From NCBI GenBank assembly GCA_964646925.1, contig CAZYIC010000002.1, positions 1-50,867 on the forward strand: DNA of 50,867 nucleotides, read 5' to 3'. The notes under the pieces are model-generated. The model worked only from the letters and a program-made list of their open reading frames with translations. It searched no databases and was not told the DNA's origin. The DNA is from an uncultured Gammaproteobacteria bacterium. GTDB lineage: Bacteria; Patescibacteriota; Microgenomatia; Levybacterales; UBA12049. Numbering within the stretch: the stretch's first letter is position 1; each line of letters starts with the position of its first letter. Both the position numbers and the translations under genes were made by a program. This document shows, one piece after another, positions 32,365-40,479 of the stretch.

Positions 32365-33627
32365 ATGAAATTTATTTTTAAAGGGTACGATTCCAATCTT
32401 GAAAAAGGTGAGGTTCTTTTTCACTTTGGCTTCAGGGGTGAGAAAAACATAGATTTTACGGAGAAAGTTTCTTTTCCTCCGGTTGCGAATCAAATTCCGC
32501 AAGCTCTTCTTAAATCTTTGCTGGACAATCTTATGCTTATTTTGGGAATTTCGTATTGGAAGCTATATTGTCCAAAGGAAATTGTGATTGAAAATAATTT
32601 TTTAAATAAAGAGCAGGCTGAATTTTGGAATACTGTTTACACAAAGGGATTAGGAGAGTTTTTTTACAAAAATAAAATTGATTTTAGAGAACTAATTAAT
32701 TTTCCTTACGTTGAGGGTTTAAAAGCTAAGTCAATTGATTCTCCAAGATCAAATCGTTCTCTTTTGGGAATTGGGGGAGGAAAAGATTCAATTGTTGTCG
32801 CGGAAATTCTAAAAGAAGCCAACAGGGAATTTGATATGTTTACCTTGAGTTTTCCCCTGCAAGTCGAAGTTGCAAGAGTAATTGGTGGCAAAGTTATAAA
32901 TATAAAAAGAGAGATAGACTCAAAACTTTTGGAATTAAATAAACAAAAAGGCACTTACAATGGTCATATTCCTGTCTCTGTTATCTATGCATTCTTAGGT
33001 TTAATGTCTGCAATTTTTTATGCTTACAATTCTGTTATTGTTGGAAATGAGAAAAGTGCAAATTATGGAAATGTTGAATACTTGGGTGAGATCATTAATC
33101 ATCAATGGAGCAAATCCGAAGAGTTTGAAAAACTTTTCAACGAATACGTTAGAAGATTTATAACGCCAGATATCGCATATTCATCGCCTTTAAGAAATAT
33201 GACAGAGTTGCAAGTTGTAAAAAAATTTGTTAATTATCCAAAATATTTTAGAGCGTTTTCGAGCTGCAATAAAAATTTTAAGATTGGAAAATCACACCTC
33301 GGAGGAGTCGTCAAGCGCCACCTCCGAGGTGACCGGATGGGCTCCTCGGAGGTGTTGGGGAAATGGTGCGGGGAGTGTCCGAAATGTTTGTTTGTTTTTA
33401 TCTGCCTGGCAGCTTTTTTGCCAAAAAAAGAAGTTTTGGATATTTTTGGTAAGAATTTACTTGAAGATGAAAGCTTAATTCCTCTTTTTGAAGAATTAAT
33501 TGGAGTAAGGAATTTCAAACCTTTCGAATGTGTTGGAACACCGCAAGAAGTCAGAGAGGCGCTAGTATTAATTAATAAGAGAGGAGAGTTTAAAGATTCT
33601 ATTTTAACGAAACATTATGAAGATTGA
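32365..33627 (+). CDS. PP-loop (GGGKDS) ATP-pyrophosphatase-superfamily protein, possibly MurL-like
   Basis: 420 aa from ATG 32365 with LLGIGGGKDSIV at about residue 140 and a C-terminal WCGECPKC. Overlaps the murD start by 11 nt. Confidence 0.35.
   Translation: MKFIFKGYDSNLEKGEVLFHFGFRGEKNIDFTEKVSFPPVANQIPQALLKSLLDNLMLILGISYWKLYCPKEIVIENNFLNKEQAEFWNTVYTKGLGEFFYKNKIDFRELINFPYVEGLKAKSIDSPRSNRSLLGIGGGKDSIVVAEILKEANREFDMFTLSFPLQVEVARVIGGKVINIKREIDSKLLELNKQKGTYNGHIPVSVIYAFLGLMSAIFYAYNSVIVGNEKSANYGNVEYLGEIINHQWSKSEEFEKLFNEYVRRFITPDIAYSSPLRNMTELQVVKKFVNYPKYFRAFSSCNKNFKIGKSHLGGVVKRHLRGDRMGSSEVLGKWCGECPKCLFVFICLAAFLPKKEVLDIFGKNLLEDESLIPLFEELIGVRNFKPFECVGTPQEVREALVLINKRGEFKDSILTKHYED
33295..33354. 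repeat. in-frame triple repeat CACCTCGGAGG / CCTCCGAGGTG / TCCTCGGAGGTG
   Basis: Direct, inverted and direct copies at 33295-33305, 33321-33331 and 33343-33354. GC-rich. Encodes HLGGVVKRHLRGDRMGSSEV. Confidence 0.7.
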
Positions 33628-34951
33628 TGAACTAAAAAATAAAAAAATATTAATTGTAGGTAAAGGGATAGAAGGTAGAGCCGTATTTGCGTATTTGAGG
33701 CAACACCTTCCAGGTGTCAGGCTAGATATTGTTGATCAGAAAGATGGAGAGGATTATTTAGACCAACAAAAAAATTATGACATTGCAGTAAGGTCTCCGG
33801 GAGTAAAACCTGAGCTTTTAACAATTCCATATACAACCACAACAAATATTTTTTTGTCTAACGCCAAAGGCAAAGTAATTGGAATAACCGGAACAAAAGG
33901 AAAAAGCACTACCGCAACTCTTATTTATAAAATGTTAAAAGCTCAGGGTTTGGACGCATTTCTTGGTGGAAATATCGGACAATCACCTTTGGACTTTATA
34001 GATAGCCTAAATGATAATTCGTGGACAGTTTTGGAAATGTCATCCTATCAATTAAATGATTTGAAAATAAGCCCCGCCCGCCATGCAAGCCTGCAAGGCG
34101 TTGCGGGCGGGCCGCATATTGCCGTTATCCTAATGATAACTTCGGAACATTTGGATTATCACAAGACTCAGGAATCTTATATTGATGCGAAAAGAAATAT
34201 CCTTAGATTTCAAAAAACTTCGGATTTTGCAGTTATAAATAAAGATTATCCGGCAAGCCATGAATCGGATATTCATACGGTTGGTCAAGTTTTCAGAATA
34301 AGTCGCGAAAGAGAAGTTGGAGATGGGTGTTTCACAATTGGCGAAACAATTGAATTAAAAATTAAAAATGAAAAATTAAAAATTATTGATACTAATAAAA
34401 TTAAGCTTTTAGGTAAACATAATCTTGAGAATGTCTGCGCTGCATGCATGGCGGCTTATTTAGCGGGAGTTTCTATAAAAAATATTGTGAAAATTTTGGA
34501 AGAGTTTGGAGGACTTGAGCACAGACTGGAATATGTTGGAGAAAAAAATGGTGTCACTTTTTATAATGATTCTTTGGCAACAGTTCCTCAGGCTGCAATT
34601 GAGGCAATGGAGGCTTTGCCGGATGCGGAAACTTTAATTGCGGGGGGACATGATAGAGGATTGGATTATTCTATTCTTGGACAATATTTTAATAAGGGGC
34701 AAATTAAAACATTGATTTTGTTTTCCCCAACAGGAGAGCGGATTTGGAAAGCAATTTGTGATGCAACATCAGAAAGCTCAAGACCTGAGAAATTTGATGT
34801 AAAAAATATGGAACAAGCAGTAAGAATTGCGGCAGCGGAAACAACTCCCGGAAAAATCTGTTTGTTGTCTCCGGCGTCCGCATCTTTTGGCACGTTTAAA
34901 GACTACAAAGACCGCGGAGATCAATTTAAAAAGGAAGTAAGCAAATTATAA
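33617..34951 (+). CDS. murD: UDP-N-acetylmuramoylalanine--glutamate ligase (MurD family)
   Basis: 444 aa with GITGTKGKSTT, EMSSYQL, SEHLDYH and GKHNLEN. Confidence 0.85.
   Translation: MKIDELKNKKILIVGKGIEGRAVFAYLRQHLPGVRLDIVDQKDGEDYLDQQKNYDIAVRSPGVKPELLTIPYTTTTNIFLSNAKGKVIGITGTKGKSTTATLIYKMLKAQGLDAFLGGNIGQSPLDFIDSLNDNSWTVLEMSSYQLNDLKISPARHASLQGVAGGPHIAVILMITSEHLDYHKTQESYIDAKRNILRFQKTSDFAVINKDYPASHESDIHTVGQVFRISREREVGDGCFTIGETIELKIKNEKLKIIDTNKIKLLGKHNLENVCAACMAAYLAGVSIKNIVKILEEFGGLEHRLEYVGEKNGVTFYNDSLATVPQAAIEAMEALPDAETLIAGGHDRGLDYSILGQYFNKGQIKTLILFSPTGERIWKAICDATSESSRPEKFDVKNMEQAVRIAAAETTPGKICLLSPASASFGTFKDYKDRGDQFKKEVSKL
34071..34113. repeat. GC-rich palindromic element inserted in frame in murD
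   Basis: gccccgcccgccatgcaagcctgcaaggcgttgcgggcgggcc. Arms cccgcccgc / gcgggcggg. Encodes ARHASLQGVAGGP between SSYQL and the SEHLD motif. Confidence 0.75.
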
Positions 34952-34956
34952 ACTCC

Positions 34957-35679
34957 ATGGTTAAAAAGCAACAAATTGCAAAAATGTTTGATAGTATTGC
35001 CGGAAGTTATGATTTCCTCAATCATTTTCTTTCCCTGGGAATAGATATCTATTGGCGTAAAAAAGCAATTGGGGTTTTGAGTTTCCACCTTAGAGGTGGA
35101 AGAATTAAGATTAGAGGTGGAAGAATTAAGATTTTGGATGTGGCGACGGGAACTGCAGATTTTGCAATTGAGGCAGCAAAACTTAACCCCGAAAAAATTA
35201 TTGGCATAGATATTTCCAGAAAAATGTTGAATATCGGGAGAGAAAAAGTAAAAAAATCGGGTTTGGAAAATAAAATAGAATTGATTCTTGGAGACAGCGA
35301 AAAATTGCCATTTAAAGAAAATTCATTCGATGCGATAACAGTTGGTTTTGGAGTTAGAAATTTTGAAAACCTTGAAAAGGGATTAAGAGAAATGCATAGG
35401 GTCTTAAAAAACACGGGAATTGTTGTTATTTTAGAATTTTCAAAACCACAAGCTTTTCTAATAAAAAGTATTTTTAATTTTTATTTTAAAAATATTTTAC
35501 CCTTTGTTGGTAAATTAGTTTCAAAAGATAAAACAGCGTATACTTATCTTCCACAATCCGTACAAAAATTTCCGGATGGAAAAGATTTTTTAACGATTTT
35601 AGAGAAAACAGGTTTTTATGATGTGAGGCAAACAGAATTAACATTTGGGGTAGCTTCTATTTATGTTGGGAAAAAATGA
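34957..35679 (+). CDS. ubiE: UbiE/MenG-family SAM-dependent methyltransferase
   Basis: 240 aa with MFDSIAGSYDFLNHFLSLGIDIYWRK, ILDVATGTADFA and GFGVRNF. Confidence 0.75.
   Translation: MVKKQQIAKMFDSIAGSYDFLNHFLSLGIDIYWRKKAIGVLSFHLRGGRIKIRGGRIKILDVATGTADFAIEAAKLNPEKIIGIDISRKMLNIGREKVKKSGLENKIELILGDSEKLPFKENSFDAITVGFGVRNFENLEKGLREMHRVLKNTGIVVILEFSKPQAFLIKSIFNFYFKNILPFVGKLVSKDKTAYTYLPQSVQKFPDGKDFLTILEKTGFYDVRQTELTFGVASIYVGKK
35092..35133. repeat. perfect 2 x 21-bp tandem duplication inside ubiE
   Basis: agaggtggaagaattaagatt occurs twice and encodes RGGRIKI twice, just before the SAM-binding motif. The preceding ttccacct can pair with aggtggaa. Confidence 0.9.
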
Positions 35680-36929
35680 ATAAAGATTTCAAGTTTAAAA
35701 TTTTAAAAAAAGACAACAAGTCTCAAGCTAGGGTAGGGGAAATTACAACTGCGCATGGAATAATTAAAACTCCTGCTTTTGTGCCGGTTGGCACAAAAGC
35801 AACTGTGAAAGGATTAACTCCGCAAGATCTGAAAGAATGTGGAGTTCAGATCCTGTTTGGTAACACTTATCATTTGCATTTAAGACCGGGTGAGGATTTG
35901 ATACGGGAGATGGGTGGACTTGCTAGGTTTATGAGTTGGGATGGGACTGCCCGCAACGCCTCGTCTAGCTCGGCTAGCGTTGCAGGCGGGCCAACTATTA
36001 CCGATTCAGGAGGATTTCAGGTTTTTTCATTGGGACAAGTAAAAATAAAATTAACAGAAGAAGGAGAGGGAACAGAGGTAAATGTTGTCAGCATAAAAGA
36101 TGACGGGGTAATGTTTAGGTCTCATATTGACGGATCAAAACATTTATTTACTCCTGAAGTTTCAATTGAAATCCAAAAGAAATTGGGAGCAGATCTGATA
36201 CTTTCTTTTGATGAATGCGCCCCTCATCCTTCAACGCATAAATATACAAAGGAGGCAATGGAAAGAACCCACAAGTGGGCCATTCGAAGTTTAAAAGCTT
36301 TTAAAGAAAAAAATTTTCATCCGTGGCAACAGGCATTGTATGGAATTATTCAGGGAGGAGTTTATAAGGATTTAAGAGAAGAATCAGCAAAATTTATTTC
36401 TAATCTTACCCTGAGCGGAGCCGAAGGGTTTGACGGAATTGCAATCGGAGGAGTGGCGGTTGGTGAAAGTAAAAAAGAGATGGAAAATGTTTTGGAATGG
36501 ACAGCACCTTTTTTGCCGGAAGATAAACCAAGACACTTATTGGGAATAGGAGAAATAGATGATATTTTTACAGCCATTGAGAACGGAATGGATACTTTTG
36601 ATTGCGTTATTCCAACCCGTTTCGGAAGATATGGAGTAGTTTTCGTTTTTCCGCCCGAGGGAAATATTAAGAATAAGTTCAGAATTGATATTAACAAAAC
36701 TATTTTCGCCAAAGACCAAAGACCATTGTCCAAAGACTGCTCATGTTATGTATGTGAAACATTTACTAGGGCATATATTCATCATCTTTTCCGCGCGCAG
36801 GAATTACTTGCCTATCGTTTAGCCAGCTATCACAACATGTTTTTCATTAATAATTTGGTTAAAAAAATCAGAGAAGCAATTTTAGATGAAAAGCTGGGAG
36901 AGATGAAAAGGAAGTGGTTGGGCATTTAA
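35676..36929 (+). CDS. tgt: queuine tRNA-ribosyltransferase
   Basis: 417 aa with TPAFVPVGT, TDSGGFQVFSL and the Zn motif CSCYVC...H. Confidence 0.9.
   Translation: MNKDFKFKILKKDNKSQARVGEITTAHGIIKTPAFVPVGTKATVKGLTPQDLKECGVQILFGNTYHLHLRPGEDLIREMGGLARFMSWDGTARNASSSSASVAGGPTITDSGGFQVFSLGQVKIKLTEEGEGTEVNVVSIKDDGVMFRSHIDGSKHLFTPEVSIEIQKKLGADLILSFDECAPHPSTHKYTKEAMERTHKWAIRSLKAFKEKNFHPWQQALYGIIQGGVYKDLREESAKFISNLTLSGAEGFDGIAIGGVAVGESKKEMENVLEWTAPFLPEDKPRHLLGIGEIDDIFTAIENGMDTFDCVIPTRFGRYGVVFVFPPEGNIKNKFRIDINKTIFAKDQRPLSKDCSCYVCETFTRAYIHHLFRAQELLAYRLASYHNMFFINNLVKKIREAILDEKLGEMKRKWLGI
35947..35992. repeat. GC-rich palindromic element inserted in frame in tgt (same family as in murD)
   Basis: ctgcccgcaacgcctcgtctagctcggctagcgttgcaggcgggcc. 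The 3' 16 nt match the murD copy at 15/16. Encodes TARNASSSSASVAGG between W-D-G and P-T-I-TDSGGFQ. Confidence 0.8.
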
Positions 36930-37005
36930 TTTCGTCCCACGGCCGTGAAGTAAAATTAAATTAGCATTTTCATTTTGCTTATTAACGTAAGCTATCCAAC
37001 GGTTT

Positions 37006-37485
37006 ATGATCCAAAATCACATGAGCGCAACAGTAGCGTCAACAACAATTAGAAGAACAACGAGAGCAAGAAAGACTTCTGTTTCTCCGGACATAATTTC
37101 TGCAGTAAAGACAGATTCTTTAATAAAAAGTCTTAAAACTTACGAAGAGTCTTTTGTAAATCTTTTTAATGAGATTAACGCTTCAAAAGAAGAGTTTTCC
37201 TCTCTTCAAAAAGAAATTGCGGATATAAAAGAGTTGTGGATCAAAGAACAAAAAGATCACGAAGTCGCAATTGCGGAAAGGAATCAGCAGGAAGATATTG
37301 CAAGAAAACGCGAGAAAGAAACTTACGATTACGAAACAATTTTGGCTAGAAAAAAGGAGGAGGATGAGATTGCGGTTTTCAAAAAAGCATTGGAAGAAGC
37401 AACGGCACAGTTAAAAGATGTAGCGGTAAAAGTTATCGAATCGTCCGGCAACAAGCCTCAAGCTAACCCCGCCCAGGAGTCTTAA
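37006..37485 (+). CDS. hypothetical coiled-coil protein
   Basis: 159-aa ORF, charged and heptad-like (KEEFSSLQKEIADIKELWIKEQKDHE). Confidence 0.35.
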   Translation: MIQNHMSATVASTTIRRTTRARKTSVSPDIISAVKTDSLIKSLKTYEESFVNLFNEINASKEEFSSLQKEIADIKELWIKEQKDHEVAIAERNQQEDIARKREKETYDYETILARKKEEDEIAVFKKALEEATAQLKDVAVKVIESSGNKPQANPAQES

Positions 37486-37886
37486 TTTTTCCGGGAGGAC
37501 AGTTTTGCAAGTTTTTTGTCAAGAGTAAAAAGTGGGATATTTAGTTTTTCTGCAAGATAAATGTACGAAGCATCGTAAATAGTAAGAAAATGTTTTTGTG
37601 CGATTAAGGAAATATTCATAAAATTAACTTCCTGAAGTTGGATAGAAATTTTCATAAATTGCTCTTGTAGTTTTTTAGCAAGCTTGGGCGTAATTCTCTT
37701 TCTAACTATTGCCGTTTGTATTCCATTAAAAACTTCAAAGGGCAAAATACATGGAGCAAAAAGTATAATCGGCTCATTTTTTAAACGATCGAAAACATCT
37801 TGTACTCTTTGAGATTTTTCGTCCGGCATAAGATGAGCGAGGATAAACGAAGAATCAATAATGTATGAATCAATATTCTCTTCCAT
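37482..37886 (-). CDS. vapC: PIN-domain toxin (VapC-like)
   Basis: 134 aa with YIIDSSFILAHLMPDE and an acidic PIN pattern. Overlaps the antitoxin gene. Confidence 0.65.
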   Translation of the reverse strand: MEENIDSYIIDSSFILAHLMPDEKSQRVQDVFDRLKNEPIILFAPCILPFEVFNGIQTAIVRKRITPKLAKKLQEQFMKISIQLQEVNFMNISLIAQKHFLTIYDASYIYLAEKLNIPLFTLDKKLAKLSSRKN

Positions 37887-38112
37887 AATTTATCATTTCT
37901 TTATAATCTAATTTTCCTTTGAAATGAGGTCTTATTCTTTCGATTTCTTCAATAGCTTTTCGTCTTTTTTCCAGATCTTCGGTTTTTAGATAGGCTTCTT
38001 TTACAGCCTGCCTTACCAAACTGCTGATAGAAGTTTTTTTGGTTTTGGATAGATGATGAAGTGTTTTCCAAATATTTTCATCAAATAATATTTGCGCTCT
38101 AATGTTTAACAT
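37870..38112 (-). CDS. VapB-like antitoxin
   Basis: MLNIRAQILFDENIWKTLHHLSKTKKTSISSLVRQAVKEAYL (RHH-like). I use ATG 38112. The ORF-track extension MCMLMCMC is an (ACAT)-type microsatellite. Confidence 0.55.
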   Translation of the reverse strand: MLNIRAQILFDENIWKTLHHLSKTKKTSISSLVRQAVKEAYLKTEDLEKRRKAIEEIERIRPHFKGKLDYKEMINYGREY

Positions 38113-38167
38113 ACACATACACATTAACATACACATGAATGGTTGTCAAGAGGTTTTAGTTTGGTGC

Positions 38168-38196
38168 TTGACAACTCCTCTTAGTATCATTATACT
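38168..38196 (+). promoter_or_regulatory. putative promoter of the trpR-like gene, overlapping an inverted repeat
   Basis: TTGACA (38168-38173), a 17-nt spacer, then TATACT (38191-38196). The 9-bp inverted repeat GTTGTCAAG (38142-38150) / CTTGACAAC (38167-38175) also provides a TTGACA box for the divergent antitoxin gene. Confidence 0.4.
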
Positions 38197-38214
38197 AGTA
38201 TGATGAAGTAAGAT

Positions 38215-38463
38215 ATGGGTAAAAAATTAGAAGAATTAGTAGAAAAGCTTTTGGAGATAAGAACAAAGAAAGAAATGCGGGATTTTCTACAAGGGATTTT
38301 GACGCCAAAAGAACTTTTTGAATTGCCCAACAGATTGCAAATTGTTAAAATGCTCAAAAAAGGGATTTCCCAGCATGAAATAGCAGAAAAATTAGGTGTT
38401 GGAGTGGCAACAGTAACCAGGGGATCAAGGGAAATTAAGAAAGGAAGATTTAAAAATGTGTAA
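38215..38463 (+). CDS. TrpR-related YerC/YecD-family DNA-binding protein
   Basis: 82 aa with LLEIRTKKEMRDFLQGILTPKELFELPNRLQIVKML and GISQHEIAEKLGVGVATVTRGSRE. Confidence 0.7.
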   Translation: MGKKLEELVEKLLEIRTKKEMRDFLQGILTPKELFELPNRLQIVKMLKKGISQHEIAEKLGVGVATVTRGSREIKKGRFKNV

Positions 38464-38473
38464 GAATAGGAAC

Positions 38474-38500
38474 GAGATCCTGAAACAAGTTCAGGATGAC
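38474..38500. repeat. hairpin element GAGATCCTGAAACAAGTTCAGGATGAC
   Basis: 8-bp inverted repeat ATCCTGAA / TTCAGGAT. The same family as the termini of the guaA insertion at 47223-47326. Confidence 0.7.
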
Positions 38501-38577
38501 AATAAAAATAATGCATGCGGCGGCCTATTTTGGGGGCTTGTCTTTGCATGGAATAAGACACAATTCTATTCAAACAC

Positions 38578-38604
38578 AAACCTCCAAATTCAGGGGGTTT
38601 TTTT
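38578..38604 (+). terminator. intrinsic-terminator-like hairpin 12 nt upstream of the trpE start (possible attenuator)
   Basis: aaacctcc-aaattca-ggggg followed by ttttttt. The upstream segment attttggggg (38527-38536) can pair alternatively with cctccaaa. Confidence 0.4.
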
Positions 38605-38615
38605 ATGAAAAAGTT

Positions 38616-40232
38616 ATGAGCAGAGAATTCGAACCGGTAACAATAGAAAGACGTGAGACGCCAAGGAGATGCTCGTTGAGTCTTGAGCAGGTTAGGAGAT
38701 TGGCCAAGGAAAAGAAAGGCGTAGTGATTCCCGTAGCTCTTACTTTACCTGCGGATTTAGATACGCCTTTTTCGGTTTACCTTAAAGCTAGAGGAATGGA
38801 AAAAAAGGAAGATGCCGAGACTGGTCCTTTTACTCCTTCTGTGCTTTTGGAAAGTGTAATCGGTGGAGAAAGCGTTGGAAGATATAGCTATATTTGTACT
38901 GACCCAAAAGAAACTATTAGTGTAACAGCCAATGAAATCTCAATCACAGATCGAGATGGAACAGCAACAACTCAAAGCGGAGAGAGGATAGACCCCTTAA
39001 AAGCAATAGAAGATAAAGTCTCAAAAACTGTTATTAAAACCCCCGGTCTACCTCAATTTTCCGGTGGTTTTGTAGGATATTTGGGATATGAAGTTTCAGC
39101 TGCTTTTGAAAAAAGTATTCCAAAATTAGATCCTAATACAAATCAACCAAAACCAGATGTTCTAGGACTTCCTGAAGCCATGCTGTTTGATTTCGACACG
39201 GTAATTGCTTATGACCATGCTCAAAATGAAATAAAGATCATAGGCAATATAGATGTCGGAAAAAATAATGATGTTGATAGGCAATATGGAGAAGTAACCT
39301 CCAGAATAAATGCTATTGCAGATAAAATAGAAAATACTCCAATAGTAGCTAAAAGAAAGGCGGGAGGAGAAGAAGTTCCTTCCGGCACAACGCAGTCTAA
39401 CTTTAACGAAGACGAATATACGGGTATAATAGAAGAATTAAAAGAGAAACACATAAAAGCAGGAAACATAATCCAAGTTGTACTTTCCCGAAGATTAACA
39501 AAGAAAACAAACGCCAATCCTCTTCATATTTATAGGCAGCTAAGAAGTGGAAATCCTTCGCCTTTTATGGTTTATATGGATATGGTTAACAAAAAGACGA
39601 AAGTGCAAATCATTGGGGCTTCTCCTGAGCTTCTTGTTAAAGTTGAGGACCGAAGAGTAACCACATGGCCTATTGCGGGAACCAGACCAAAAGGTCAAAC
39701 TCCGGAGGAAGATGAACGATTGATAGAAGAACTTAAAAAGGATCCTAAAGAGAATGCAGAGCATGTAATGCTTGTAGATCTGGGAAGGAATGATGTGGGT
39801 AGGATCTCAAAGCCAGGCACGGTTAAGGTGCCGGAGCTAATGCAGATTCAGATACTTCCTACGATACGTCATTTAAAGTCTGAGGTTACAGGGGAACTTG
39901 GGGATGAATACACTTCTTTGGATGCTTTGCGTTCGATTTTTCCGGCCGGCACCGTAAGCGGAGCGCCTAAAATACAGGCTCAAAAAACTATTTTTCAGTA
40001 TGAAAAAGAGCAAAGGGGTCCTTATGCTGGTGCGGTAGGCTATATTGGTTACAGTGGCAATCTGGAAGAAGCCATAACAATAAGAACAATAGTTGTTGTT
40101 GATGGTACTGCTTACCTTCAAGCTGGAGGAGGAATTGTATATGATAGCGATCCTAAAATGGAGTGGAAGGAGACTGAGGCTAAATTGAGAGGATCACTTG
40201 GGGCGCTCGAAAGGGCAGAGCGGGAGTCTTAA
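38616..40232 (+). CDS. trpE: anthranilate synthase component I
   Basis: 538 aa from ATG 38616 with SVLLESVIGGESVGRYSYI (the Trp-feedback LLES motif) and FPAGTVSGAPKIQA...GPYAGAVGY...GGGIVYDSDP. Confidence 0.8.
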   Translation: MSREFEPVTIERRETPRRCSLSLEQVRRLAKEKKGVVIPVALTLPADLDTPFSVYLKARGMEKKEDAETGPFTPSVLLESVIGGESVGRYSYICTDPKETISVTANEISITDRDGTATTQSGERIDPLKAIEDKVSKTVIKTPGLPQFSGGFVGYLGYEVSAAFEKSIPKLDPNTNQPKPDVLGLPEAMLFDFDTVIAYDHAQNEIKIIGNIDVGKNNDVDRQYGEVTSRINAIADKIENTPIVAKRKAGGEEVPSGTTQSNFNEDEYTGIIEELKEKHIKAGNIIQVVLSRRLTKKTNANPLHIYRQLRSGNPSPFMVYMDMVNKKTKVQIIGASPELLVKVEDRRVTTWPIAGTRPKGQTPEEDERLIEELKKDPKENAEHVMLVDLGRNDVGRISKPGTVKVPELMQIQILPTIRHLKSEVTGELGDEYTSLDALRSIFPAGTVSGAPKIQAQKTIFQYEKEQRGPYAGAVGYIGYSGNLEEAITIRTIVVVDGTAYLQAGGGIVYDSDPKMEWKETEAKLRGSLGALERAERES

Positions 40233-40250
40233 TTGTGTTAAAATAGAGAA

Positions 40251-40463
40251 ATGAAATCTATTCGGCATGATTCGGCAGGCTCATCACAAGGAGCTCAGGG
40301 CAAGCGAGTTTATTCGGACACTCAAAAAAAGAAACAAGAAGAAGAGGATTATTTTGATGATTGCTATGTTTGCCAGCAGACTAAAAAAGCGGAAGAAGAG
40401 GGGAAGAATTTAAGCGTTGAGGAATTGAAAGAGATTTTTCGAAAGGCAAATGAAAGAAACTAA
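40251..40463 (+). CDS. hypothetical small protein
   Basis: 70-aa ORF, charged, with a CYVC motif. Weak support. Confidence 0.25.
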   Translation: MKSIRHDSAGSSQGAQGKRVYSDTQKKKQEEEDYFDDCYVCQQTKKAEEEGKNLSVEELKEIFRKANERN

Positions 40464-40479
40464 TTAGGAAGCTTAATTT

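Noticed and set aside
38113-38136. (ACAT/AC)-type microsatellite read as MCMLMCMC at the 5' end of the VapB-like ORF.
   Set aside because: It is more plausibly promoter or 5' sequence. A TTGACA-17-TAATGT arrangement on the minus strand precedes ATG 38112. I see no clear evidence that it acts as a phase-variation tract.
38190-38579. 129-aa minus-strand ORF containing CHPELVSGS.
   Set aside because: It is antisense to the well-supported yerC/trpR-like gene. The HPELVSGS peptide is simply the translation of the palindromic element at 38474-38500.
38496-38615. N-terminal extensions in the ORF track for trpE (38496), ruvC (10701), ruvA (17526), rnhA (2116), the PP-loop gene (32353) and ftsH (41535).
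   Set aside because: The extensions start at non-ATG codons, overlap upstream features (a tRNA, the L25 gene, promoter boxes), and add residues absent from the conserved N-termini. Internal ATG starts fit better.
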